DNA of 62,602 nt, filler included, from Sphacelaria rigidula (GCA_964200075.2; 10 parts of 10 records of this genome joined end to end with filler, not necessarily neighbours in it); one strand, 5' to 3'. Positions 12,247 to 25,210 are shown, counted from the whole stretch's first letter. A program made the numbers and translations. Notes: a model not told the origin generated them from the sequence alone.

Positions 12247-13332
12247 AAAATGTTTGAACTTCTCCAAAAAATGTTTGTTCGATATTTATGGGTCTAGGAG
12301 AAGGGAAAAAAGAGAAGACAGGAGAGGGATAGAGAAATAGTGAGAAGGGAGGGGGGGGGGGTGTACTCATGATCATGCATGTCAGAGCCATAAGACCATT
12401 GACCTCGCATCCCTACAAAGCTGGGAAGGAGAACGCCGAGTTNNNNNNNNNNNNNNNNNNNNNNNNNNNNNNNNNNNNNNNNNNNNTTAATTAATTAANN
12501 NNNNNNNNNNNNNNNNNNNNNNNNNNNNNNNNNNNNNNNNNNGTAGAAAGTGTCAAAAATGAAGGGAAAAAAAACTCGGTAAGTTTTCAGACATTTCTTC
12601 TGTACCCCCACCATTAAGACCGGGCCTTAAGAGCATCTTCGTATGTGTACAAGAAGAAAAAATAAAGCAAATGGACATGAAATGCACGCACACACACCAT
12701 AGTCATACTAAAAACAGTAGAAGATAGATAGTACGCGTGTGAAACGCATGTAACCAGCGCACAAGAAAGACGCCCACACATCAAGTAGTATATTCAAGAT
12801 CGATATGTAGCGAAGTGCATACGACAAACACACAAGCACACGAAAGTCAAACGACTGCAACTGTGAGAGAACCAAGATTTTTAAAAAAAAGACAAGGGTG
12901 TTTGTGTTTGGTTGGGCATTTCCTGCGTTCGGGTATTTTTTTTCAAATACTCGAAGTCTTAAAATTTGGGGAGAGAATTGAGATCGTGCTCGACAACACC
13001 TAGATATTGGGTCGAGCATTGCGTCGTACCTACCTATACCCAATATTTGGGTAATAGTTTGTAGATCGGACAATCGAATAACAACATTCGGGAGAATAAA
13101 TACCCGCGTGTGTACCCTCCCCAACATCCCTTGAAAATATGCAAAAGGCATATATCAACACATTAACAGCACACTAAAATCGAGAAAGAAAAAAGAACGA
13201 ATATGGAACCATACTGTACACAAATGCCATTCGTACGGGAACCCAAGATGAAACACAACGCCATTTTCAACACATGAAAAACACAAAGGGAAAGCGTCTC
13301 AATGGTATGTCATTGAACTATGTAGCACGTAC

Positions 13333-13479
13333 CCTTCCCATCCCCAGCTCTTCAGATCGAGCTCCCCCCCAAGCTCCATGGGTAGGGCTGCAGCGATGTT
13401 CTCGTTCACCTGTTGTCTGAGCCATTCCGCAGTGGCGCCTCCAGACACGGCCATCAGGGACTTCGAACCCAAGTTTGCC
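13333..13479 (-). CDS. Candidate 147-nt internal exon, unknown protein (ANLGSKSLMAVSGGATAEWLRQQVNENIAAALPMELGGELDLKSWGWE)
   Basis: CACAG acceptor, GTACGT donor, symmetric phase and a GC-rich open frame within AT-richer flanks. Confidence 0.45.
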
Positions 13480-13636
13480 CTGTGACATTGCACAATTTAC
13501 AAGTGTACATCACACAGCCAAGCGTGCATATTGAATGATGACGAATACATACAGCGTGAAGCTCAAGCCTGGCTGGCGAAGTAGATATCACAAGTTGACT
13601 TTCCGGTATTATCACCAAGCGTACAAACTAAATTAA

Positions 13637-13797
13637 CCCTTTGGGGACCGGACTCCGAGAAACATGGGTGTTTGCACGCAGGGGCTCTTTTGTGAATCAG
13701 CATCAATTTCACTTAAAAACGATTGAAAATGACCCCGATCCACAAAATGGCCCCTGCGCGCCAACACCATGTTTCTCGGAGTCCGGTCCCCGAAGGG
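13637..13797. mobile_element. piggyBac-type MITE (TTAA TSD, CCC...GGG termini); related fragment near 23716-23830
   Basis: TTAA|CCCTTTGGGGACCGGACTCCGAGAAACATG ... CATGTTTCTCGGAGTCCGGTCCCCGAAGGG|TTAA. Confidence 0.9.
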
Positions 13798-13879
13798 TTA
13801 AGTAAACCACGCCGCATCACCATACAGTACAGTATATGAAATGAGAAGGTGAATACATACATACTTACAAACGTACATA

Positions 13880-14257
13880 TGTGGAAGACACCTCTTTGCA
13901 GTGACACATCAGAGATTGATGCCATACTTGTACGAAGAACCAGCGCATGCAGGTACAAGGTAGGAACGGTTCGGAAGGATCAGAATACCAGAACCCTGTG
14001 AGGCCAACGATACTAGACAACTCGGAGTGATGCCGGTTAGACTCCGATATTACGGTGACCGAGCACCCCCCGAGGAACAGGGTTCACCTCACGGTGGATC
14101 ACTTCTAGTCTGACCTCCTTCTTGCCTACAGCACACAAGAGGAAATCATCGCCAGGCTCGGGGTTCCTTCGGCATGAGGACAACATCTCTACCGAAAGTA
14201 TCACCCGTAGGTCTCTGTCTACCCTACCGATACGTGTTCCTCATATTTGGCGACAAC
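13880..14257 (+). mobile_element. 5' LTR (13880-14245) followed by PBS-like TGGCGACAAC (14248-14257)
   Basis: TG start and a homologous copy at 10484-10846 define the boundaries. TGG begins 2 nt after the LTR end. Confidence 0.7.
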
Positions 14258-15289
14258 AGAAAAGAATTCACGAAAGAAAAACCGTACAAGAAAAAAAAAA
14301 AACGAGAACAGGTTGCTCCGACGCCAGGAACACCAGGGCCCTCTAAGGATCGCTACAGCAGGTAAAACGTGTGGGCCATGGGCACAATTTTTCAAGTTGA
14401 GAGGTTATGGGGGTCATGTGTTTGGGACAACAACGCAAAATTAGCCTCCTCAGCGTGCATTACATGTCACCTGCATGGCTAATCAAATAGCGAAAAGCGA
14501 TACTGGCTTCCTCAGCGTGCATTGTATGTCACCAGCATGGCTAGTCAAACAGCGAAGCCGCGCCTATCAATCCATCTCTCACCACCATGGTGTAAAGAGA
14601 CACGGCAATCAAGCAAGTAGAACGACCTCAGGAAACGCGGTGACTCGAAAAAGCATTAATCAAGATTCTACCCGACCTACGAATGCACTATAATACCTTG
14701 TCATACCCTACAATTTAGCAAGCGAAAGAAGGAGGTGTATTGAACGGGCTTGCCGCATTTCAGCTCACAAGTTGAGAGAAGTTGAAAACCGCAGACAGCT
14801 CAATATTTCCTATTTCAGTACGCATGCAATGGAGAAAAAATGCCAACCGTCTGGTGGGAGATATCGGAGAGAAGCGGGTTTTCTAGTCAGTACAGTAACT
14901 CCTCCGGTGAGGCACCGAAATAGCCCCCAGTTGTGACGTGAAAGTACAAACTAGGATAAAGTAGAAACTGAACAAGAGCAACCAGCCTCCGTACTTGGAG
15001 GTAGTTCCTAAGCAGCCTTTATCACAGCCGTCGAAAAGCGACACACCGGACACTGGTTCAAAATCGTCGAAAATGAACCTCAACTCGTTAAGGCTTATAT
15101 CATGTACATTCTGCGCGGTACCCCAAGGAATTGGTAACATTACATCCCACGTTGACACATGTTCAACCTGTCGCCAGAATAAACAACAAGTTTATGAGCA
15201 GTGGATGTTGATTCCAAATCGAAACTGCCCATAATCCCTCTAAAAGATCATCCGGTCACATCTAGTTTAGATGTAGCACCTGGATATTT

Positions 15290-17635
15290 AGATCTGGTAG
15301 ATCTCACAAAGGAAGAAGCGGCGAAACAAGTATTAAAACTCTGGAATACCGAACATGACGAAGCCTTCGGGAAAATTTACCAATCAATGACTAAGGCACC
15401 CGTCCTTCATTTTTAAGGTATCACTAAAGACTTAACGATCAATGTCGATGCGTCAGACCGAGGCGCGGGAGCGAACCTGTCCCAGAAGAAGGGCGACGAC
15501 GACGCAATCATACTTTAGTCAACGTTTCAACGACGCTCAATCTCGCTACTCACCCATCATGAAAGGTTGTTATGCGGTCGTACTAGCCGTTCAGCATTTC
15601 AGACCTTTCTTATAGGGCCGTCACTTCACGCGTGTAACTGATCATGCAGCTCATCGATATAAATATATGCGATGCAATACACAAGCAACATATTTACCCG
15701 TTTGGCGATCGATTTACAATCACACGATTTCACCGTCAGACAGAAACCGGGTAAACTTCATGTCATGCCGGACACTCTCTTACGACTATTCGCTTTCGAG
15801 CAGCGGCAAAAGGCTGAACGCAAACCGTTGCTTAAACCAATATGTCGTAACGTGCCAGATAATCCCGCGTTGAAAACAGCTAGACCACAACACCAGTTTC
15901 AAATATCAGCTGATGAGCTGGACAATTTAAAACCGGTACAAAGTGACAGAGAGCTGTTCACCGTGAAATCAGTATACGCGAGCGCCACAAACGTTTTCAT
16001 TTCAGATAACCGCGAAAAATTGCAAAAAGAGCAAGCACTCGAGTACGGACCACACATCCAATATATCACTGAAGAGGACGCTCCAATTCCAGTTAAAGAG
16101 TCGATCACATCCATGTCATACTTTTCAGTACAAGACGGGGTGCTACACATATCGCATCTGCCTGGACACATGAAAAAACGAAGTACATTCCGTGACCAGC
16201 TTGTATTACTAAAGTCCTTGGTGGACTATGTGCTACACTGATATCACGACCATGCTCTGTCCGGAGGCCACTTGGGTTTTGAGCGAACTTACGACAAAAT
16301 CCGGCAGAAGTACTGGCGGCCGTCAATGAACTGCAACATAAAGGATTGGTGCCTTAGATGTCAGAGTTGCCAAGGCCGAAAAACTGGCAACAACCAGCCA
16401 AAATTGCCGACGGGACACGTTCCGGTAGAACGGCCATATGAAAGAGTGTCGGTAGACCTGGTCAAATACAAAACATCTTCGATGTCAAACGCTGGAGTAC
16501 TATGTAAATATGTGCTGTCCCTAATGGACTACCTTACAAAGCATGCTTCGCTCATTCCGGTGACGAATAAAGAGGCTACGTCAATAGCCAAGATTCTCAT
16601 TGATGGAGTGTTTACTACATTTGGCATTCCGGAAAAGCTGCATTTCGGCCGGGGAGCCGAATTTGAAAACAAGCTAATATACGCACTGCAACGAAAGCTG
16701 GGTTTCAATAAAATTCGCACGACACCGTTACACACGCAAGGTACTTCAGGGTCAGAAACCAGTCCACTCTAATATGCATGCGTGCTAGCTATGCATATGT
16801 CAGTTGGAAGAAAAAATTGGGCGTCATCGCATCCTTTCGTGCAAATGGCATACAATACCTCATACCAAAACATCGTGCACGAGTCACCCAACTTTTAATG
16901 TTCGGAAGACAGCCCAGATTGTCAGTTGACATCACCCCGGAGGGAAGCCCAGCAGCGACGCCCGAAGAATTTTATCACAGTCAACACGAGAAAACATACA
17001 GTTGGGATTGAACTTGCGAGACAAGCTCCACAAGAAAGAGTGAACGAGCAAGAAAACAATAACAGCAAATCAAAGTCGTTCCCAGTGCTCAAAGTCGGTC
17101 AAAAAGTACTTCTTTACCGACCATACCAAGACCCAGAAGGTCCAAATCCAAAACTCTGATTAACATGGAGAGGACACTTCACTAGAAGTGAGAGCCTATC
17201 GCCGGTTGTAGAATCAAATTGGCCGACAACTTCAGAGAAGTGTCAGTATATCTCGCTCACTTGAACAAATACCCCCCTAGAGAGACACCGCCCGCACTAG
17301 ATTTCGATAAGTTGAGCCAGTTGTTTCTGGGCAAACGGATACCTCTATCGGAGATAGACAAACCAGACGAAACGTTACCTGAAAGAGAGCGATACGTGGT
17401 GGAAAAAATGGTCGGCCACGCTCCAGGATCAGGTCGGAGAAGTCTTCATAACTATAAATACCGGTCGAGACTCGAAGGCTACGGCCCAGTAGCCGACCTA
17501 ACCTACCGAGCTGATGAAATACCACAGTGTAAACATCCCGTCAAGAAGTACCGCCATGACAAGGGGCTAGCAAAGTGTTCACGGCCGGATCCGCAATCCA
17601 CAAACAAAATGAAACGGAAACGGAAACGGAAGTGA
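15290..17635 (+). mobile_element. Degenerate Ty3/Gypsy pol: end of RT, RNase H, integrase, chromodomain
   Basis: WNTEHDEAF..APVL, then RNase H (VDASDRGAG, TDH, DFTVRQKPGK), integrase HHCC (YHD..GGHLG..CQSC), VSVD..MDYLTK..FGIPEKLH..GAEF, and chromodomain YVVEKMVGH..EGYGP at 17393-17554. The RH-IN order is Gypsy-type. Multiple stops and frameshifts. Confidence 0.92.
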
Positions 17636-17851
17636 TTATTGACCAGACTAATGCAGCGTCCTAGCAACACGCTCAAGGGTTGAACAGCAGCCGAAGGTTT
17701 CAGTTCGGAAAACAGTGAGACTCGCACATAAAAACGACGCCAAAACAATACAGACACGAACGGAATAACATCTGACATGTCAGCGGTGATGAAGGTATAA
17801 CTTCCTAAGGAAGGTATCCCTTCAGCAATGGGGGTAGTTGATGACAAGAAG

Positions 17852-18415
17852 CAAGGATCATTTCGATGATGTTTCGCCAAAGAGCACTGTGCTCACAAGA
17901 TAAAAACGTCATACCTACCGCTTTGTTACTGACGCGAGGACTCTGTCCTACTCAAAGTGTCCGCGGTTCTGAAGGCATCTCAGAACCCGAGCATGAATAA
18001 CCAAGGAGTCCACCGATCGAAAAGCGTCCCACTGCCTAGTCATGTATAAGCAGCAGATGCAACTAGCACCAAAGTGCAAATGCATCCAATGGAAACATGT
18101 CACACATGACGTAGTGACATGACACAAAATGACAACAAGCAAGGGTCATTTCCATCATGTCTCGTCAAAAAGTACAGTGCTCACAAGATAAAAACATCAT
18201 ACCCACGACTTCCCTACGAACGCGAGGACTTTGTCCTACTCAGGTATCCGTGAATCTGAAGGCATCCCAAAACCCGAGCATGAATAACCCAGGAGTCCGT
18301 GGATCGAAAAGCGTCCCAGTGCCTAGTCATGTATAACCAGCACATGCAACCAGCACCAAATGGCAGATGCATCTCGTGGAAATATGTCACATATGACACA
18401 GTTACGTGACAAGAA
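17852..18415 (+). repeat. Two tandem copies of a ~288-bp unit downstream of the Gypsy pol
   Basis: Units start at 17852 and 18140. Shared blocks include GTGCTCACAAGATAAAAAC and GATCGAAAAGCGTCCCA. Confidence 0.85.
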
Positions 18416-19179
18416 GTACCGAAATCAAAGTTTATGCAAATGCATGCACTACTAATGACCACGGGTAGCTAAAAATTACTGGAGATGTTTACTCGACGCC
18501 ACCGTATAGAGAAGGGCTACCTTTGCGATCAGCAGTGGCGTGACTCAGTCAATGATTATCACTCAAAGATGTTTCCACGAATACATCGTCAACGAAGCTG
18601 ATGATCGCCTCGTCGCACCAGCCACAGTCCTGATGGGCTCGAGGCGCATAAAGGGGGCGCACTCATTTGTTGCTTGCCTAAGTCATTTGACCATTGACCA
18701 CGCATCCCTTTCGNNNNNNNNNNNNNNNNNNNNNNNNNNNNNNNNNNNNNNNNNNNNTTAATTAATTAANNNNNNNNNNNNNNNNNNNNNNNNNNNNNNN
18801 NNNNNNNNNNNNNAAAACACAAAAACCGTCTTTAACCAACTTGAACGGGGAAGGTATAAAAACCAAACAAACTAAAAAAAAAAAAAAAAAAAACGATCTT
18901 TGAGTTTTAGATAGTGCCCTCAAGAACATGTGTGCAAATTTTCGTGGTCCAACTCGAAAAACCGGCGTGAGAAATTCCCGGGGAATGAATTTTGGGCGTT
19001 CAATCTGAACCAGCTCGTAGTCGTCTGACCATTGAACACGCATCCCTTTCGAGACGGGGGGGGGGGGGGGGGGGGGGGGGGTAACCCCCGCGGGGGAGGG
19101 GGGTGGGGAGGGGGTTGGGGCGACCGCAAAAAGCTCCGCGCCCGCNNNNNNNNNNGGCGGCGGGGGGGCGGGGGGGGGG

Positions 19180-19222
<43 letters not shown>

Positions 19223-19749
19223 CTTAACCCCGTCGTGGAAGAGAGTTAGAACGCATTTGGGACTCACGCAAAGAGCTCATCAGCTGCACCGCGGTCAGGT
19301 GACGCGGAGTTTTGAAACTACTGCGTCACATTGTGCATCATGCGCATAGGGAACAGCTTTGCGGCCGTACGTGATGCGGCTTTTAGTACATCAGCCAAGA
19401 AGACAAGAGGTGGCCCGCAATACTTCTTCCACATGACAAGAAAAAAAAAACATTCAATCAGACAAACGCCATTCCGAGAGCTTCGCGTTTCCAGGGAGCG
19501 GGCGGCTGATTTTTTTGCGCACAGCGGGACAATTTGAGCCTCACACGCTGCGGGTCAATCGAGAAGAAGATCGACCATACACATTTGACGGATAATCACA
19601 CCGCCGGAAGATGAGATGCTAGCGCTCGGCACTATATCAAGGAGGACCTTGAACTTCCTCGAAAATCGATGGATCAACCTCTTCCGAATATAGTACACAT
19701 TTGCGGCAGCGTGCAAGAAAATTGAGGGCTGAATCATTGCTAGGAGGGC

Positions 19750-20480
19750 TAAGGTAGGTAGGGTAGGGTACCAACTCGGGTAGGTTGGCGTGTCCATACC
19801 CTGGGTACCCAGGAACACTGAGTACTGCTGAAATCCTGAGTACTTCAGGCAGTCGATACCCTGGGTACCCGGAGTACTCATTGTACGGCCTCAAATTTCG
19901 GGTACCAAACCGGGTTACTCAGAGAGCGAGTACCTGGAGTAGCTCGGGATACTGCGTACCTTCGGCTGTCCATATCATCAGTACCTTGAAATACCAAGCA
20001 TATTCGACTTTCGATACTTCGGGTTCCCTGAAATACCGAGTATATCCAGCACTCAATACCCCGCATACCCTGGAATACTCAATATATTTAGCCGACAGTA
20101 CCTTTGATGCCCCCAATACTCAGAAAATATACCGAGTATTCCAGGTATCGTACGGAGTCCTTCGGTGGGTGGGTACCCGAGGAGCCCGGAGGTATGTAGT
20201 ACTTAAAGCAATCGATACACTGCATACCCTGGAGCATCCAGTATTTTTGCCGGACGCAACCCTGCGTACCCTAGAGTGCTCAGTATTCCCGGGGGGTTCA
20301 AAACCTGTGCGACTGTATAACACTCAGTAATTCTGCGGGTCGCTACCCTTCGTAGCCTAGGGTACTCAGTATCTCCTGGGATCGCTGTCCTGAGTTGCCT
20401 GGAGTACCTGATACTTGGGGTTGACGCGCCAGGTACTCACGAATACTTCATTATTAGTGGTTCCGGGGGCTTGGTTAGGG
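19750..20480. repeat. GTAC/GGTACC/AGTACT-rich degenerate repeat; related blocks at ~21190-21465 and ~22135-22440
   Basis: About 19 GTAC tetramers in ~700 bp counted by eye, with a recurring CCCTGGGTACCC motif. Confidence 0.7.
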
Positions 20481-20690
20481 AACACTTATACGAGTCCATT
20501 TCGCGAATCAAATCCTTGGGGTGTCGATACTGCCTTGAGTGCCAGGTCGTATTCTTGTACAACCTGAGAGTACTCGTAGTCGCATACCACCTCAGAGTAC
20601 TCGATGAAGAACCCCATTAAACAAAGGGGTGGCGCATGGCACGTGCATGACAAAAAGAGAGAGCAAGGTTGTGTTCTGTAGGGCATGTGA

Positions 20691-21055
20691 GTGTGTGTGT
20701 GCGTCGTCATCCCATGCATTCTGGACGCCGGTCTACACCTTTCGGTATATGTGGGCGCATCAGCCGGGGTCACACAGGAGCAAGACCAACACAGGAGGGG
20801 TTTTTTTCTATTTTGTGTTCGTACTTCACCTTCCTTGTGCGGTGTTTGCATTTTTTTTATCGCGAGCGGGGTTCAGCAGTTCCTTCCCCTCGTCGACCGT
20901 TAGGTCATATATGGTACCCACGACACCGTCGCTCTCCACTGTTGGGCATTGTGTGAGAAAAAATCCAAGATCGTGTGACTGCACCGAGATTTCAACACAC
21001 GACCCAACCGTCAGAAGGTTTCAAGGTTACCGAATTAGCCACTGGGGCGACAGGC
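20691..21055 (-). mobile_element. tRNA-derived SINE (same family as 44812-45195; partial copy at 38735-38960)
   Basis: Reverse-complement similarity to the 44812 copy, including the tRNA-like head and the CAGCCGGGGTCACACAGG core. Confidence 0.8.
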
Positions 21056-21912
21056 TTACCGGCAGAAATTCGGATATTCATAGGAGTACAAACGAGGTAT
21101 TTTATTGGTAAACACCCTTGCGAACCATACTGGATACTTCGCCGTTATTTTACCGGCTTATTTCCTTCCGTCGTTGAGTGCGAAAAAACAGTTCTCGGAA
21201 CCCTCCACTGTCTAGTGCTGGGTATGTACCCTGGGCACTCCAGAGTACTGAATATTTCCGACAGTTGGTACCTTGCGTACCTTCGTACGCGGACTATACA
21301 GAGGAATCGGTATCCTCGATGCCCGCAGCACTCAGTACAAACTCTCAGTACCTCGGGTACACCACCGGGTATTCCGGGGGATGGGTACCTGAGATACCCT
21401 GGGATGCGGAGTATTTTCGACAATCCGTACCCTGGGTGCCCAAAGTACGCGATCGAGACTAGGTAGAAAGGAGGTGGAAGATACGACAAGTGTTGACACC
21501 GCATCCGAGTACACGGCTAACGAAGGATGCTAACGAACCGCTACTAGCTATTCCTAACGCCATGATACCCGATTTTTCAGCGTTGGTCTACACCTTGCAC
21601 AGTCACACTGTAGTAGGTGCCGCACTCTCTCCAATCCACAGTGCCACGCGTCGAAAATATACACACAGCACCCTCCATATCTGCACGGTACAATTTGACA
21701 CATAATGCAGAGCCTGGCCTGAAATAACACTGGTACGTTTGTTATCAATTACCGGTCACGCATTCCTCCCCCTCTTCATTTCCGTGGCTACGTACAAGAT
21801 AATGCAGCAGCCCACGTGTGCGTCCAGTCGAACACGCGAACCCCGTCAACTCAAGAACGCAGTAAGCTATCATGAATTGGGCAAAGTGCAGTACATGCCA
21901 TGTTTCGGGTGT

Positions 21913-22133
21913 GGGCACCACGTTTTGGATCGGTGCATGGATTCCGGGGTGAAAGGGTTCCAGCCCATGGGCACCCGAGCATTACCGTCGACACAGTGTA
22001 GTGACCATCACTTCGAGCTCGAAGTGGTCGGGACTGCACGATTACTATACTGTGCCGACGGTAATGCTCAAGTGCCCACGGGCTGGAACCCTTTCACCCC
22101 AGAATGCACGCACCGATCCGAAAGCAGTGCTCC
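21913..22133. mobile_element. ~220-bp foldback element
   Basis: GGGGTGAAAGGGTTCCAGCCCATGGGCAC pairs with GTGCCCACGGGCTGGAACCCTTTCACCCC. Inner palindrome CACTTCGAGCTCGAAGTG. Confidence 0.8.
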
Positions 22134-22532
22134 GTAAGTGTACCGAGTATTTAGGGTACCAGACCGGGATTTCGGAGGGCGAAGTACCCTGTGGAACTCA
22201 GTGCTTTCGACGCTCCCTGCTCTGAGTGTTCTAGGATTCTGCGGATCTTTGGCCATCGACAGCCTGGGCACCCCCAAAATACTGCGTACTTTCGGCAGTC
22301 GGCACCATGAGGTACTGTGTAGCCCAAATACCCGAGGAACTGCGGATACCCCCCAGGGTACACTCCTCTCCCCTAAGCACCGTTGAAATGTTACAAAGAT
22401 GACTAAGGGTAGAGTAGGGTACCAGTAAAACATCTATTTCGGGTAACCTGGAATGACAACTGTTTTCGGCAGTTCACACATCAGGCACCCTGGATTCCGA
22501 GAGTAAGCTGGAGTGCGGTACTCTACACTGAC

Positions 22533-22642
22533 CAACTTCGCACTATTGGATATCCACAACTGGGCTGCTTCACCCACCGATGATAACAGCTCATCGATCT
22601 CGCCGGCGAGACTCTGTTCTTGGGTGCCATCCAATGGATCCT
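22533..22642 (-). CDS. Candidate internal exon, unknown protein (DPLDGTQEQSLAGEIDELLSSVGEAAQLWISNSAKL)
   Basis: Polypyrimidine tract plus CAG acceptor, GTCAGT donor and an open frame. Confidence 0.25.
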
Positions 22643-24478
22643 CTGTTCGATGGAGAGAGAGAAACACACGAGCACGACAACAGAGGGGAAGAAACATCAT
22701 CAGCTAAATCAGCGGGTGGGTCGCCTCCAACAAGGAAATGATACATAGTTCCCCGTTGACGGAGAGGCACAGGATGTGCAAGCAGACAAGCAAGCCCTAC
22801 ACGCAAACCGTTAAAAATCAAACGGGTTTGGCGCGTTTCAACGACATCAACGATGACGTACATGGCGAAGCTACAGTGGTAATTTTCAAGTTCCGGCCCA
22901 CAGGCCACTTGATTAATTTCTCTATGCAGCCAGGGTATTTACCCAAAAAAATGCATACCATCCGAAAGTTACGGATCAGGGCTTTCGAATGAACCTACAT
23001 TAAGGTTTCACAGACATGGTGACGAGTTATGTCGAATATACCGTTTCGCCAAAAACGCGGGGGAACTGATAAATCTCGATTTGCCGGACCCCCACCACCT
23101 CTGTGAAATATATATATATATATATATATAAGTTGGAATCCTCGCGAAAAACTGGTTCTAGATCACCTGGTTCTGAACCCCGTTATGCCTGGCTCCGGGT
23201 CGAAACTATCCGGAGTACGAAAGTATATGGGGGAGAAGTTGCTCTAGGGCCAATTTCGTGGGTTCGAGATCCGCCGCGAGCTTCATTTTTTTCCCCCTCT
23301 TTTTTCCTTGTTTTTTGGCGACTCGCTACTCTTTTGCGCCTTGCTGCGGGCGATCCGAAGCTGTTTTTTTCCTTTAATTCGATCTCAGTCAAAAGTTATG
23401 GAGGGACAACCAAAATTGGGTCCTTGAAAATCACCACTGCCCGGCAAAACGATAAGGGATACTCGTACCCTTTTTTGGGAAGACCTGTAAGATACACGGC
23501 GCATGAGAGTGAGACAAAAGGTGCGAGCAAAAAAGTCACACGGGTCGAACTCGAGTCACATGCACACCAGGAATCACGTACGTCCCTTCATTTCCTCGAC
23601 AAGAGGGCGAAGCTACAGTAGGGATTGCACTTCTTGTCTCTGGGTCTCTTTTTTGTAGGAGCACATATATATATATACATATGTACATATGGGGCTTGCT
23701 GTGCAACCCAAATATCCGGGGACCGGACTCGCAGAAACATGATGTTTGCACGCAGGGGCCTATTCGTCAATCGGGATCACTCTCAGTATTTTTCAAGTGA
23801 AAACGATGTCGATTATCAAAATGATCCGACCAACACCTCGAGCAGCCCTGAAAAACGTTTTCGCCAAAAACTGCAACCTCTACCGTAGCATTGCTCAAGT
23901 ACAAACAATATTTCACGTTCGAGGCAACGCAATGCAAACCCTGCGACCCGAAACCCCCAAACCACATATGCGCACACATACACACACGCACGGAAAGACA
24001 CAGTCCTTCTTCTTCCCCGCCTTCCGCCGTCCGCGCGCCCGCCAACCACGACAAAGGGAATGCTTGAGATAGCAGAGTCGTCGTTAACAGGAAGAAGTGA
24101 AAAACGTTCCGGGGCTATCATGCTTGCAAATGAAGGACGGAGCCACGACCAATAGACGACCGACGGCTCTCGATGACAACAACTCTCCACCTCCTCTCCA
24201 GGACGCGTGGTCAATCGTACAAAAGGCAACGGCATATAGAACGTGAGTGCCGCAGGCTACAGAGTACATGGCGACGAGCGACACCGAACTCACCGTCGAT
24301 ATCCCATGTGACCCAGGGTCCACGCATTCACAAAATCAAGATTATCGTACATCTAAACATCTCCTACCACAATGCCAGAAACACAGAGTCCGGCGGCATG
24401 GGCCACCGCAGTTGGGGATAAAATCGAGGTTGGGTTTTCTCATGGCCCCGGATGGTATTCTCTCTGCATGTCTACAAT

Positions 24479-24753
24479 CACGGTTCGGACGAATCATCGC
24501 CGATTCGAATCACCATACCCACAACTTTTCAGGCCTGATTGCTCGATTGGGAAGGAAAAAAAAACTTGACCGTTGGTCAAAAAGATCTCCACGCAATTTT
24601 CGCGCCATATTCCACGTGCCTGGGCTGCGCGTACAGCACAGTCCCTGGGTTGCAAAGCTGAAAACAAAGTCTAAGGATTGATTCGTACGGTACGAATCAA
24701 GTACACTAAAATCAAGTCATTTCCGGACGAATCATTCGTTCGTCAGACCCTTG
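24479..24753. mobile_element. hAT-like MITE; copies at 31891-32143, 60613-60868 and partial 56268-56333
   Basis: Imperfect TIRs CACGGTTCGGACGAA / TTCGTCAGACCCTTG and a shared core GATTGATTCGTACGG. The 60613 copy has 8-bp flanks GATGGTTT/GATGGTTG. Confidence 0.75.
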
Positions 24754-25083
24754 GTATGCAGTACCGAGGGTGCGTTAACCCTCCTCTACCCCACCTGCGT
24801 CGTAGAGTATGTCGGAGTTCATCCGCTGAGAGAGCCGCGAGTACTCCTGAGTTTTCACCTGTTCCACGACAAATACGAGAAAAAAAAAAGAAAAAAAAAA
24901 AAAGCAAGGGAATAAAAACGATGTGTTCACGTGTACAATGTTTTCGCTTTGCCCTCACAAAAAAAAAAACAAGAGAAAGGACANNNNNNNNNNNNNNNNN
25001 NNNNNNNNNNNNNNNNNNNNNNNNNNNTTAATTAATTAANNNNNNNNNNNNNNNNNNNNNNNNNNNNNNNNNNNNNNNNNNNN

Positions 25084-25188
25084 TTGGAGGTGTCTCTATT
25101 AGGAGTAGGAACGGTGCTCCGTCTCGAAAGGGATGCGTGGTCAATGGTCAAATGACTAAGGCAAGCAACAAATGAGTACGCCCCCCCC
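25084..25188 (+). mobile_element. LINE 3' terminus with poly(C) end. Further copies at ~3757-4058, 6125-6171(-), 11320-11393(-), 12348-12415(-), 18652-18713(-), 19018-19081(-), 45853-45924, 47262-47352, 49677-49822 (x2)
   Basis: GGGATGCGTGGTCAATGGTCAAA(C/T)GACTAAGGCAAGCAACAAATGAGTACGCCCCC encodes the last ORF2 residues (...RKGCVVNGQ(T/M)TKASNK*). Confidence 0.9.
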
Positions 25189-25210
25189 ATCCCCTATCGT
25201 AGCATAACTC

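Noticed and set aside
18920..19349. Poly-Pro and poly-Gly ORFs (also 31104, 48913-49460, 53087-53480)
   Set aside because: They are translations of G/C homopolymers in low-quality sequence.
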